A stretch of DNA of 64,000 nucleotides, from assembly GCA_964019425.1 (NCBI GenBank), contig OZ025785.1, forward strand, positions 1,178,001 through 1,242,000. The letters run 5' to 3'. This stretch comes from Flectonema sp. DT1601. Its lineage: Eukaryota. Of this stretch, positions 40,901 through 49,894 are shown one piece after another. Position numbers and translations under genes: made by a program. Numbering within the stretch: position 1 is the stretch's first letter; each line of letters starts with the position of its first letter. Below the pieces are notes generated by a model. The model saw only the letters and a program-made list of their open reading frames with translations, was not told the origin of the DNA and did not search any database.

Positions 40901-43900
40901 ACTTTATTATAAAATGATTTCTGACATTGGAAATGCTGATCCGAATTTTGATGTTGAAAAACTGGGTTGGTATCTCTCAGTAAAACCTGAACACCAACTC
41001 ACGAGATCGAACTCACGCGCCATTCTAAGTGTGTTGCCTTCAGATATACAAACAAAATATCAAAAACTGAACACTCACGGATATCCTGTGGATTCAAGTG
41101 GTGTTGTATTTGATCCAACTAATGAGGCATACCTCCCAAAGCTGACTTCTATTCTTGGAGGTACTAGTACCTTCACCGCAGTACAGCTTGGTAAAGCATT
41201 GTCTGAAATCCGTCCAACGTTAGGCAAGAATGATGAATTTCAACTTGAGATGTTTTATTTATTAAAAAATAGATTTCCTGTTGTGATGTCGCGTTATGAA
41301 CAATCACCAAACGACAACTTCCCAACTGACCCAATCACTAGTGATAAGTTCGATTGGGAAATATATCTTCAAGAAATAGCTACCGTCTTTGGAATGGGAA
41401 ACACTGGTCTTAATAAGAATGATTTGAGTGTTTTATTTGGAAAGACTCCAACAATTCAAGGACTCTTATCATTCGTGAAGAATATCTTCAAAGATTCAAT
41501 GAGAGACTATTTCGTTGATAATGTTGGTGTGCAAACTCCTTTTGAGTTTGAAGGTCACATCGTCAGCAGAGATGGACATCAACTTCTTCTAATGGAACTC
41601 ATCATCGACTTTACGATACCAGGTGTGACCTCAAGTGGTTTAATTAATCCTTTCTTAGAATCCGCGTTGGGTAAATTAGGTCTGGTTGAGTTGGTATCAT
41701 CTTTTGAGGATTCTTTCACAACTCTTCAAAAAAATAAGACGACAGTCTCTGCCGACCTTTTACTTGATGTGGAAGCAGGTGTTCAATTAGATTCACTTTG
41801 GATACCATCTAATGGTGGTGTTACTCTCCCTTCTGTATTTGTGAATGTATCAAAACTTGAAATAGTAGCATCTGTCTCGACTAGTAGTCACAGTAGCTCA
41901 TTTGAGTTTGGTTCGGGTGTCAGTTTTGGAATAACCGACGCTTCTCTAAACGCCACCTTCAACCTGACGGCTGCGATCCCAAAAGGCCATCCTGTTGTTG
42001 TAATCAGTGATGATCAGAATATGAAATTCTCTCTCTCTTCTGTATTTGATGCCATCCACGTATCCTCAAGCTTCAACTTAACCGCTCCAGTTCAATTCCC
42101 ACTCCTTACATCACCTGTCATCATATCTCTCGATGATAGAAATTTATTCGATGATGTGTCACCAGTGTTGTCGGTTACTTCCGAAGGTTTTCCAGTTTCG
42201 ATGTCGATTAGCCAATCACCGAAAGTGGTGGAAGAAGTTGTTGTTGACTTTATGGTGGAGACTAAAACAGGAATTATGTCCTTACCAGTTAGTGTGATTG
42301 GTAAGACTACCTTCACTGCAGAAGCTATACAGAAAACACTTTTAGAATTTTCTTTAAGCACACCTGTGACATGTCCTATCAGTGTTGTTGGAGCTGTTAC
42401 GAAACTTGTGGAGGCTGACTCAAAGATGTTAGCTGCTGGGGGAGTTTCTACTGTGAGTGGTGCCTTAGTTAGTTTAGAATCAATGACTATAAACCCTTGT
42501 GTTGTAGCCGTCAAGGATTCATTAACATCTTTCTTTTCTATGAAATTACGCATCGGTTCTGTCCTGTCAGTAAACAACCTCTCAATTGAAGACCTCCGTT
42601 TGGAAGTATCAGGCAAACTGACATCAACATCAGCTGTTGTTGTTACAACACCCATTTCTTGGATTGGAAGTGTAAATGCAAACACTGTAGTATTTGACAT
42701 TCCTTGTTTACTAAAAGGATCAATGGACAACTCTTGGGGACTTACAAACATGTTAGCTGACTGTACTATTCATACTAAATTATTCACCTTATCAACTGAA
42801 GTGGAATATACTTCAGAGAGATGTTCTTCAGTTAATAAGGGTCAGGCAAAGTTAGAAATCCCAACAATCGGACTCACAGCTACTGGTGACATAACAGAGA
42901 GAACAGGATGTGGAAGTGATAACAAACCAGAATATGATATTCAAATGAAGGCTTCAGATGTCTTTGTTCAGGGAGTGACGTTAGTGTCACCAGAACTTTC
43001 AGTGTCACACACAGCAGTGACTGACTCGATTTCAGGTATGGTATCCAGAGAGTGGTCTGGTAGAGCATCTGGTGACCTGTCTATCGGTTCACATACAACT
43101 CTCGCAGCCACATTGATATTTGATGATAAAACAATCACATCATTTGACACCACTGGAATTCTTAACATGGGACCCTTAGCAGGTACTGTATCCGCTTCTA
43201 TCACTAATGGACTTGTAACAGGTTCAGGTATCTTTGATATCACTTTAATGAATGGAATCATACCTCAACTGTCTGCTACATTTCAACACGTCTCAACATA
43301 CACGACATCGAATGCTGATATTCCTCTTTGGTCTGTGAATGGATCTTTGACTGCCTTTGATATTTATGGAATCACATTAGCAGCTACGAATGTTAACATA
43401 ACTGGAGCTTACAAAGACACTACTGCTACTGCTGATGATGTAACGTGGACTGGGTCTGTGACTGCTGAAGGTCGTTTTTTGGACAACTCAAACGCTCAAT
43501 TCAGAGCAGAAATCCGAAATGATGAGTTTTCATCACTCTGGGCTAACATTACCCTCGACGGACCATCCATCAAGTTTAGTGGAGAAGCGGAGATTACAAG
43601 TGACCACCAAATCAATAAATGCTCTGCTATCGAAGCTGAAGGACAACTATTCATCACTGGATTAGACAGAGATAAGACTATTGATTTTGAATCAACTGCA
43701 TTGTATAACGACTGTGCTGGTATTGGTGAAGTTGGATATTCTTTAGAAGCAACAGTCAACACGACCATTGAAGTATTCTCAGGTTTAAGTATAAAAGATC
43801 TCTCAGTTAGTGTAGAGTCTCGTGTTGCTAAAAATGATAATAATTGGAAAGCAACAGTCCAAGGAACAGCAAACATATTCGGAATGACATCTCATGCTGC

Positions 43901-46900
43901 TGTTGTTTGGGAGAATGGAAAAATATCTCAGGCAAACATTCAAACAGCTTTCACTACCACCAACGGTCTTCTGAGTGCAAAGCTTGAGTTTGATTACATT
44001 GATGAGTGCAGATCATCAAAAGGATCATCAGAATTCTTAATTAGACTTAAAGACTTATCAGACTTAACAATTACAGGAGACGTATCTTATAATAAGTGTA
44101 CAGGTGTTGTTGAGGTTATTGGAAGCACTATTCACAAATGGAAAGGTCCATCAGGAACGACTTATAATGGGATTTCTGTGGTAATCACATCGAGTGACAA
44201 TGGAGGTGACGTCAATGCGAAGTTAGCTACCAGGGATTGGATTGGTAGTATATCAGGAACCTCATCATCTGGTTTTTTATCTCAACTCTCGTTTGATACA
44301 AAAAATGGTACCGTCGATGGAATGGTCACCTACGAAGACGACAATCTCTCATTAGTTGTAGCAGTAGGTACTTCAAACTGCACTGGTAGAGGTACAGCAA
44401 TTCTTAAGGACCTTCCACATAATATTCCTGCCATCGAATTAGATGTTTCATTCTCAAGACCAGGATGTGTAGAACCATCTTGGATAGCTGAAGGCTCTAT
44501 TAGACAAGTTATAATACCATTCAATAGTAAAGTCTTAATAATTGATAGGATGACTGTTACTATTACTAACGACAAACATAACAAAAAGAAAGTTGAGATA
44601 GTGGGTGAGTTCATGGATGGTGATTTTGCTGTTAAAATTGAATTTGGAGTGAGTCCGTTGACGGAGGTGACGTTGATTGGTGAGAAGAAGTCAGTGACAC
44701 CGATTTCTATTTCATCTTTTACGTCGAAGTGGTACTCGACGGGATCGTCGTCTCCTTTCTCAACTAATTCTGCAGACCCGTCAACTCAAAAATCGGTAAC
44801 AGCAACTTCGTTAAATAACGTGAAACTTGAAATTAGTTTTCATGAAAAACTTTTATCAGTAACAGCAAATGGATTTTTATTTGGACTCTCATGGAATGTC
44901 GCTGTTGGGATTCAACACGAAGGATCAAAATGGAAATTCGGAGGATACATCGAAACGTCAAATTTTACTGGTCGGACAGAAACACCTGATTTGGTTGATA
45001 AGGTAATCAATGGACTACTGCCGGCATCACTTTCTCTAAGTATCGCTAATGAAGACATTCACATCCAAGGAAACACTATCAGGAAAGGTTTATGTGTTAG
45101 AATTGTATTAGCTGAATCATCATCACACATTCAACAAGTTGTTTCATCTGCACCTTCGTCCTTTAAAACTCAGATTGCAGCAGCTAAGAAGCCTGCTGTT
45201 TCTAATGGTGTAGCAGGGTTTATCTTACAAGCAGACATCATCACTCCAAAAGACATTACTTTGTATGTGATGCTTGCTGGTAATATTAGGTTAACTGATG
45301 GTGTTTATTTTAGATCTGTTGGAATGGCTTTTAAAATTCAAACAGTTCCAGAGATGGGATTCATGGCTGAAATTGACTTCACAGTTGGAAAAGGTGTTCA
45401 TCAACAAGTTCTCACGGCAGGCGGTTTTGTTGGTTTAGACTTAGCAGGAACTATCTCTGTTGGACTCTCTCTTGATTCATCACAACCTTGGGTAAGCCCA
45501 TTTGGAATTAATGGTGTTGAAGTATTGTTCCCGCTTGGAATTGAGATGGGGATATCATTCACGGGTTATCCAACTAGCTTTGCGTTTATTGGAGGAATGC
45601 AAATTGGTGGAGTTTACGGGAAAATCGTCATCGGAGTCGATTTAATTGATTTCACAAAAACAGCATTCAAAGGTGAAGTTGGAGGACTCAGCTTACGAAG
45701 ACTAATTGTTGGTGTTGGGGAATGTGATAAATGTATCCCGAGTGAATTAGATGACCTCATTGATGGAACAGCCTTAGAGTCACTTAGTGGTTCATTCAAT
45801 CCTGATCCATTTCACTCTGTTGCAATTCATGCAGGAACAGTGTATGAGACAATCGATGCTGGGATCACGATTGAGATTAAGAATTTACAGTTCTTAGGAG
45901 TCCTACATATCCAGTCTGGAAAATTTAAACTTAACAGCCACGGAATAGATACAGGATTACAACTAGCTCCAGTGCATTGGGGACCACTACACATTACTGC
46001 TCCTGGTGATGAGTCAAAGGGTCCTGGATTCGAACTTTTATTATCTCCGACAAAACAAAAAGTTTCAGTTTATGGTCAGATTACAGTTTTAGGTATGAGA
46101 GCAATGCTTGACTTGTCTGTTGGATCTCGTGAGTCACACGGTAAGTTTAGCTTAATGGTTGCTGGTCTTGAAGTTAGTGTTGCCCTCCTTGTGAGAGGTA
46201 AACCGGGAGATAAAGACTTCAGGAATGTAATTGAAGGAAGTATGTCTTTGGGATATATGAATCACATACTTGACAAGGCTGGTGAGTATTTTCAAAAACT
46301 TGCTGACAAGGCAGCAGCTGCTTTGGAAGAAAAACAAAAGAAATTTGAAGCTGCTGCTGAAACCGTCAGATCAGCAAAGGCTAAACTCGAAGAAGCAAAA
46401 GAGAGCACTTCTAGTAAACTGAAAGCTGCACGTGATAAAGTTACAAAGTACAGACATGAAAAGCAACAAGCGACCTGTCCTAACAAATGTACCAGAGGAT
46501 GGTTAGGCATCCCAAACTGCTGGGGAATGTTTAAGTGTTGGGTAACCAAACAGGCGGTTAAACTTCTGGTGGTTGCTGAGAAGGCACTCTCCGCTGTTGA
46601 AGTAATTGCCGTAGGAGCTATTGAACTAGCTCAGGGCGTATTAACTGCTGCTGAAGTAGTTCTTGAGATCACTGCTAAAGCTCTGGAACTTGCAAAGATT
46701 GGAATGAAGAAGTTCAGTGATCTCATTAACAAGTATGGATCTCTGAGTAAGATATTTAGTATTCAAAGATTGGGTTTTAAATCAACTCTGACTAGTGATG
46801 ATGTAGCTCTCAATGTCTACGCTGATCTCATTATTCTTGGACGAATTGTAAACATTGAGTTTACATCAGAACTCACTTTTGAAGCAATCTTTAAATCAGT

Positions 46901-46931
46901 AATTGATCCTGTCATTCAGTATGTGTTATGA
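37983..46931 (+). CDS. 2982-aa type II membrane protein: Ser/Arg-rich N-tail, TM, LVIVD-like repeats, long beta-rich region, C-terminal Ala/Lys-rich helices with a Cys cluster
   Basis: TM KKRIAIIILLLLLLSTLIIILSLVL (~38370-38445). LVIVD-like units: GDLAFIGKASDGLFVVNISSPGSP, GGVHIIQVSVPTSP, TGLFFIDISDKTNP, GLLHIIDVTDPTQP. CACAG (AG 37957-37958) upstream. Confidence 0.88.
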   Translation: MPRGGYFEDNEVFDDDQQMLPIPSGSDDYSQGDRKKSIGARRASTVEENSYRSMSPSASIMSGRRESNASPLPSPKSISRKQSTSGSYLQQPLASSGCLDDMDVEEEGFVSFDDDVNEVNQPKSKKSNKKRIAIIILLLLLLSTLIIILSLVLTSGDDHDDNTNKAPVDHKTAVPITETTSPKTSPSSGYYRSANSIVVHGDLAFIGKASDGLFVVNISSPGSPQLLGSLVGINIEQVVITSDGDSIIATDRMYGGVHIIQVSVPTSPKRISSFETRDENSNKSLTISIHKDTLCISDEATGLFFIDISDKTNPNQYSSLFSPSAGTPTDTYISDEGLAYVLRSGVLSIVDTTIKSTPLVISAPSELYSKGVGISIKTSLDSSTKTAYIIDEVGLLHIIDVTDPTQPLAGPSSIDFSGNDDKKTLLRPLVSSASPAMILPSEEQLKVNCKTEPSLNGLLISCFGQLQFISHDSTGNYSVSVLEAENVITFSISNGKLYVLKSDGLSVFDWTHYIETPPTTTSRDVRTQSTNSNDISHLKNVFIKLFNHLSQVDIDLSDYGLTQTDLANTIDAKNLVVGLKTLLQLTPKVEGYFGLFNHLQGVPTLEGLADIVQNNIPTQSSDYSLKPDYVYAGNFDSFSDELVVRIQLKAISHKSSQQIFLADQLHGVLKNINKLTELFEFLNTPSVDINIPNLSRKTSFEATSFIDVTLGLNIASVKESKKLSEDQLLSKAFIRINSYEAGVKVVIDPLEFDFSKVFIKDGLCSLALGVKPSEENVKYPSPKTFMLSELDGSSLPELLLRKVSPKPYATLDVELPVQFKNDAEPGSSNLTPIIELRDSNLLDGKLHAFDLDVDLEYLISNGLIKRITDSLDLLLADVTSIGVQNSVDSSAITISNSLLSGIDKRINFTSTLNTYVSLLKKYRKMENDQPVDLKLDAAGMGMAQSEGFQKSLLQTLGFDSQVVKLSEKFPEIQLYYKMISDIGNADPNFDVEKLGWYLSVKPEHQLTRSNSRAILSVLPSDIQTKYQKLNTHGYPVDSSGVVFDPTNEAYLPKLTSILGGTSTFTAVQLGKALSEIRPTLGKNDEFQLEMFYLLKNRFPVVMSRYEQSPNDNFPTDPITSDKFDWEIYLQEIATVFGMGNTGLNKNDLSVLFGKTPTIQGLLSFVKNIFKDSMRDYFVDNVGVQTPFEFEGHIVSRDGHQLLLMELIIDFTIPGVTSSGLINPFLESALGKLGLVELVSSFEDSFTTLQKNKTTVSADLLLDVEAGVQLDSLWIPSNGGVTLPSVFVNVSKLEIVASVSTSSHSSSFEFGSGVSFGITDASLNATFNLTAAIPKGHPVVVISDDQNMKFSLSSVFDAIHVSSSFNLTAPVQFPLLTSPVIISLDDRNLFDDVSPVLSVTSEGFPVSMSISQSPKVVEEVVVDFMVETKTGIMSLPVSVIGKTTFTAEAIQKTLLEFSLSTPVTCPISVVGAVTKLVEADSKMLAAGGVSTVSGALVSLESMTINPCVVAVKDSLTSFFSMKLRIGSVLSVNNLSIEDLRLEVSGKLTSTSAVVVTTPISWIGSVNANTVVFDIPCLLKGSMDNSWGLTNMLADCTIHTKLFTLSTEVEYTSERCSSVNKGQAKLEIPTIGLTATGDITERTGCGSDNKPEYDIQMKASDVFVQGVTLVSPELSVSHTAVTDSISGMVSREWSGRASGDLSIGSHTTLAATLIFDDKTITSFDTTGILNMGPLAGTVSASITNGLVTGSGIFDITLMNGIIPQLSATFQHVSTYTTSNADIPLWSVNGSLTAFDIYGITLAATNVNITGAYKDTTATADDVTWTGSVTAEGRFLDNSNAQFRAEIRNDEFSSLWANITLDGPSIKFSGEAEITSDHQINKCSAIEAEGQLFITGLDRDKTIDFESTALYNDCAGIGEVGYSLEATVNTTIEVFSGLSIKDLSVSVESRVAKNDNNWKATVQGTANIFGMTSHAAVVWENGKISQANIQTAFTTTNGLLSAKLEFDYIDECRSSKGSSEFLIRLKDLSDLTITGDVSYNKCTGVVEVIGSTIHKWKGPSGTTYNGISVVITSSDNGGDVNAKLATRDWIGSISGTSSSGFLSQLSFDTKNGTVDGMVTYEDDNLSLVVAVGTSNCTGRGTAILKDLPHNIPAIELDVSFSRPGCVEPSWIAEGSIRQVIIPFNSKVLIIDRMTVTITNDKHNKKKVEIVGEFMDGDFAVKIEFGVSPLTEVTLIGEKKSVTPISISSFTSKWYSTGSSSPFSTNSADPSTQKSVTATSLNNVKLEISFHEKLLSVTANGFLFGLSWNVAVGIQHEGSKWKFGGYIETSNFTGRTETPDLVDKVINGLLPASLSLSIANEDIHIQGNTIRKGLCVRIVLAESSSHIQQVVSSAPSSFKTQIAAAKKPAVSNGVAGFILQADIITPKDITLYVMLAGNIRLTDGVYFRSVGMAFKIQTVPEMGFMAEIDFTVGKGVHQQVLTAGGFVGLDLAGTISVGLSLDSSQPWVSPFGINGVEVLFPLGIEMGISFTGYPTSFAFIGGMQIGGVYGKIVIGVDLIDFTKTAFKGEVGGLSLRRLIVGVGECDKCIPSELDDLIDGTALESLSGSFNPDPFHSVAIHAGTVYETIDAGITIEIKNLQFLGVLHIQSGKFKLNSHGIDTGLQLAPVHWGPLHITAPGDESKGPGFELLLSPTKQKVSVYGQITVLGMRAMLDLSVGSRESHGKFSLMVAGLEVSVALLVRGKPGDKDFRNVIEGSMSLGYMNHILDKAGEYFQKLADKAAAALEEKQKKFEAAAETVRSAKAKLEEAKESTSSKLKAARDKVTKYRHEKQQATCPNKCTRGWLGIPNCWGMFKCWVTKQAVKLLVVAEKALSAVEVIAVGAIELAQGVLTAAEVVLEITAKALELAKIGMKKFSDLINKYGSLSKIFSIQRLGFKSTLTSDDVALNVYADLIILGRIVNIEFTSELTFEAIFKSVIDPVIQYVL

Positions 46932-48551
46932 AATTATTTCAGTACTAGCTGTAGCATTAGATGTCTGTTTGTTATAAATGCATCCACTGTCTAAGTTCAA
47001 CATCACGGCTTGACGTGGAACACATTCTTTTGGGTAGCCTGCCTCACTTATTACTTTAAGGGTAATCTTTATTTCTCTTTTTTTAAAATAGCTGATTATT
47101 TAGTTTTATCAGTCTTGTCACGCTAGGTGAATTCTTTATGCCCCAGCTGTGAATTATCTTTTTTTTTCCCCCCTTTCTTTTCTTACTTCACGTTGTGTCC
47201 AGATTGGACACAACGTGGTTCGTACCAATAATTGTTCTTTGAAAACAAAATAATATCTTCCTGTATGAATGGATTTGTGATGACTAAGCGATTTCCTGTC
47301 TCTTGGAAGGCTGACGGATGCTCATTCTATCCATTTCGGTATTAATAAATAGAAGATATCATGAAAGGTTAATTTACCTTTCCTATTTTGTACCCCCCCT
47401 CCTTCCCTGCTCTACTCTCCGTTTTGATGATAGCTTTGCACCGCTATTAAAAAGGAATAGTGGAGTAATGGAGGGGACTTTTTATTATTATTTTTTTTAA
47501 AACTAATTGACTAGCTCTCTCAGGGACGGTCAAACATATCATCCAGCGATCTGAGGAGAATGTTATCCTAGAAAGAACGCTTTTTTATTTTTATTTTTAG
47601 TTTTTCTCCCCTCTTTTTTTTTTTTTGATTTGTTTTGACTCTCAACGTAATGTTCTTTCACAGGAGATTGTAATAATATCGGAGACAAGGATTTCTGGAT
47701 TATTATACTCTTCTCAAATTTTTCTGCTTTTGATGTGTTCCTCCCTTTTCTTTTGTTTAAGATGCCTTCATATGTATGAAGAGGCTATTTGTAGAGGGAT
47801 GCGCTCTCACAGAGTTGTAGTTCCAGTGGCAATTCTTTTTTTTAATTTTAACTTCTTTTAAATTATCAAAAAAGTCATAGTCACTACTTTTCTAATTGCC
47901 AATGAAAGAATTGCAATTAGGGGATTGCTGACACAGGATTAGCTAATAATTTTAAAAAAAAATTAAAAAAAAAAAATTGTCCATACTCCCCGCAGAATTA
48001 GATTTACTCACTCTATCGATTATTGTATGTGTTGGTTATTCATCATGTGGCCTTTATTCTAAATCTAAATATCTTATTTATATCACCCTATCATAAGTCA
48101 CTTGAGTTTCGACAACTTTCTCCGATTAATTAAAACTGGTACAAGGGTATAGTATTGACCATCATGAATATCTTTGTTATTCTGTCCTCCAGCACTATTC
48201 CATTTTTTTTTTTTTTTCGTGGTTGTGCTCTTATTATTTTTTTTTCAGTTAGTATATTCACTTCTGGGAGAACCTTGAAGCTCTTGTTTCGTGAGGATTC
48301 TTCGATATTCCTACCTAGCTCTGCCTACAGAGCGAAGACTTTTGAAAATAACATTTTTGGGAGACTTCTTTCGCTTGCTGTTTGGTTTTAAATCTCGTCC
48401 TTGTCTCACTTAGAGCATAGCTTTTCCAAATGCTAATCGCTCCTCTTTTTTTTTTCTTTTTTTTTCCCTTTCAAATCGTTTCTGAAAACCTCGAGAACGG
48501 TTCACAGCTGTTGCAAGTTTTCTGTTATAATTAGTTTTTTTTTTTTTTTTT

Positions 48552-48903
48552 TTTCTCAGTTGAAACCTATTCAAAACCAAAAGCCATATTTGTTTATTTC
48601 AACAGGCAAACTCAAAATAGAAACCCTACAAGTACCGTTCAGAGGATGTCTGATGCGACTGCGAAAAAGCAAAAACGTCTTGTGTGTATTTATAAAGGGT
48701 TTTCTGATTTCCGACTAGCAGCGCCAAGCCCTATGCAGCCCCATTATACTTCACCCCTCAGGAATTACCGAACAAGATCAAAGGCTCAATTATATTTTTT
48801 TTTCTCGGTTGAAACCTTCTCAAAATCAAAAGCCATATTTGTTTATTTCAACAGGTAAACTCAAAATAGAAACCCTACAAGTAGCGTTCAGAGGATGTCT
48901 GAT
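48552..48903. repeat. ~100-nt imperfect direct repeat, offset 249 nt (~48552-48654, ~48801-48903)
   Basis: TTTCTC(A/G)GTTGAAACC...AAAGCCATATTTGTTTATTTCAACAGG(C/T)AAACTCAAAATAGAAACCCTACAAGTA(C/G)CGTTCAGAGGATGTCTGAT occurs twice, each after a poly(T) run. Confidence 0.93.
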
Positions 48904-48942
48904 ATTTGTTTATTTAATTTTCGATCACAACAGTTGTTACAC

Positions 48943-49728
48943 ATGATCAGAATAATAAAACATTTCAAACAGTTTCGAACTATGACTGCAAAACTTCAGA
49001 TACTTAATAGAAATAAGATAAGATATTTATCTCAAGAAGAAGCCATCTTATTAGACAAAAGACTTATGGGAGATGATGGGGGCTATCGTGTAAGCCAACT
49101 GATGGAGCTAGCTGGACAGAGTTGCGCTGTTGCAATCGAAAACGAGTATTCTAATCACCGCGACTCCGCAACAGAATTCATAATAGTTTCAGGTCCTGGA
49201 AACAATGGAGGCGATGGCCTTGTCATTGCCCGACACTTACTACATTATGGATTTAAAAATGTGAGAGTTGTGTATCCCAGAGAGACGACAAATGATCTCT
49301 ACCTCGACTTACTTAAACAATGTAAGTCTCACGGAATAGACGTCAGTAGTGAGTTAGTTAGATTAACAAAAGACTGTGTCGTAGTCGATGCGTTGTTTGG
49401 ATTTAGTTTTAGACCACCTCTTAAGAAACCATTTGATGAAATAATAAATAAAATAAACGAAGCTCAGTCATCAGGTGCTAAGGTAGTGTCAATCGACATC
49501 CCAACTGGCTGGCACGTTGAAAACGGTCCTCTCTCTGATGGTGCTGGAGCTGACAAGCCGCTAACACCCGACATGCTTGTTAGTCTAACGGCACCTAAAA
49601 AGTGTGCTGAACACTTCAAGGGATCACATTATATTGGAGGTAGATTCGTACCACCTGGATTCACTGATTATCCTTTACCCGTGTATACTCCTGGTCCTGC
49701 TCTTGTAATGAAGGTTGCTTCACTGTAA
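48943..49728 (+). CDS. NAXE: NAD(P)H-hydrate epimerase (YjeF N-terminal family); start probably ATG 48943 or 48982 rather than 48895
   Basis: QLMELAGQSCA, GPGNNGGDGLVIARHL, VVDALFGFSF, SIDIPTGW, LVSLTAPK, GGRFVP: the eukaryotic NAXE/Nnr1 motif series. Confidence 0.93.
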   Translation: MIRIIKHFKQFRTMTAKLQILNRNKIRYLSQEEAILLDKRLMGDDGGYRVSQLMELAGQSCAVAIENEYSNHRDSATEFIIVSGPGNNGGDGLVIARHLLHYGFKNVRVVYPRETTNDLYLDLLKQCKSHGIDVSSELVRLTKDCVVVDALFGFSFRPPLKKPFDEIINKINEAQSSGAKVVSIDIPTGWHVENGPLSDGAGADKPLTPDMLVSLTAPKKCAEHFKGSHYIGGRFVPPGFTDYPLPVYTPGPALVMKVASL

Positions 49729-49894
49729 AGCATCCTTTGAGAACTCCTGCAATTCCATACACTCACCCCCCACAGACAGGTCAGTGAAAGTTCTTTTTGT
49801 AACTCGTTTACTATAAAATTGATTGTCAGGTTTAACTTAATTCCCAGCAAGACACTTTTACAATAATCGAAACATGAGTTAGACTTAGTTACAA

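Noticed and set aside
46919..46924. GTATGT possible donor just before the stop of the 2982-aa gene
   Set aside because: No nearby AATAAC..ACAG-type acceptor or convincing downstream exon found; RNA-seq would be needed to exclude it.
46932..48550. Short ORFs (47318, 47625, 48155) in the long spacer, and similar ORFs at 32836, 35427, 37602, 52795 and 52826
   Set aside because: Low-complexity or poly(T)/poly(A)-derived Phe/Lys runs; no coding signal.
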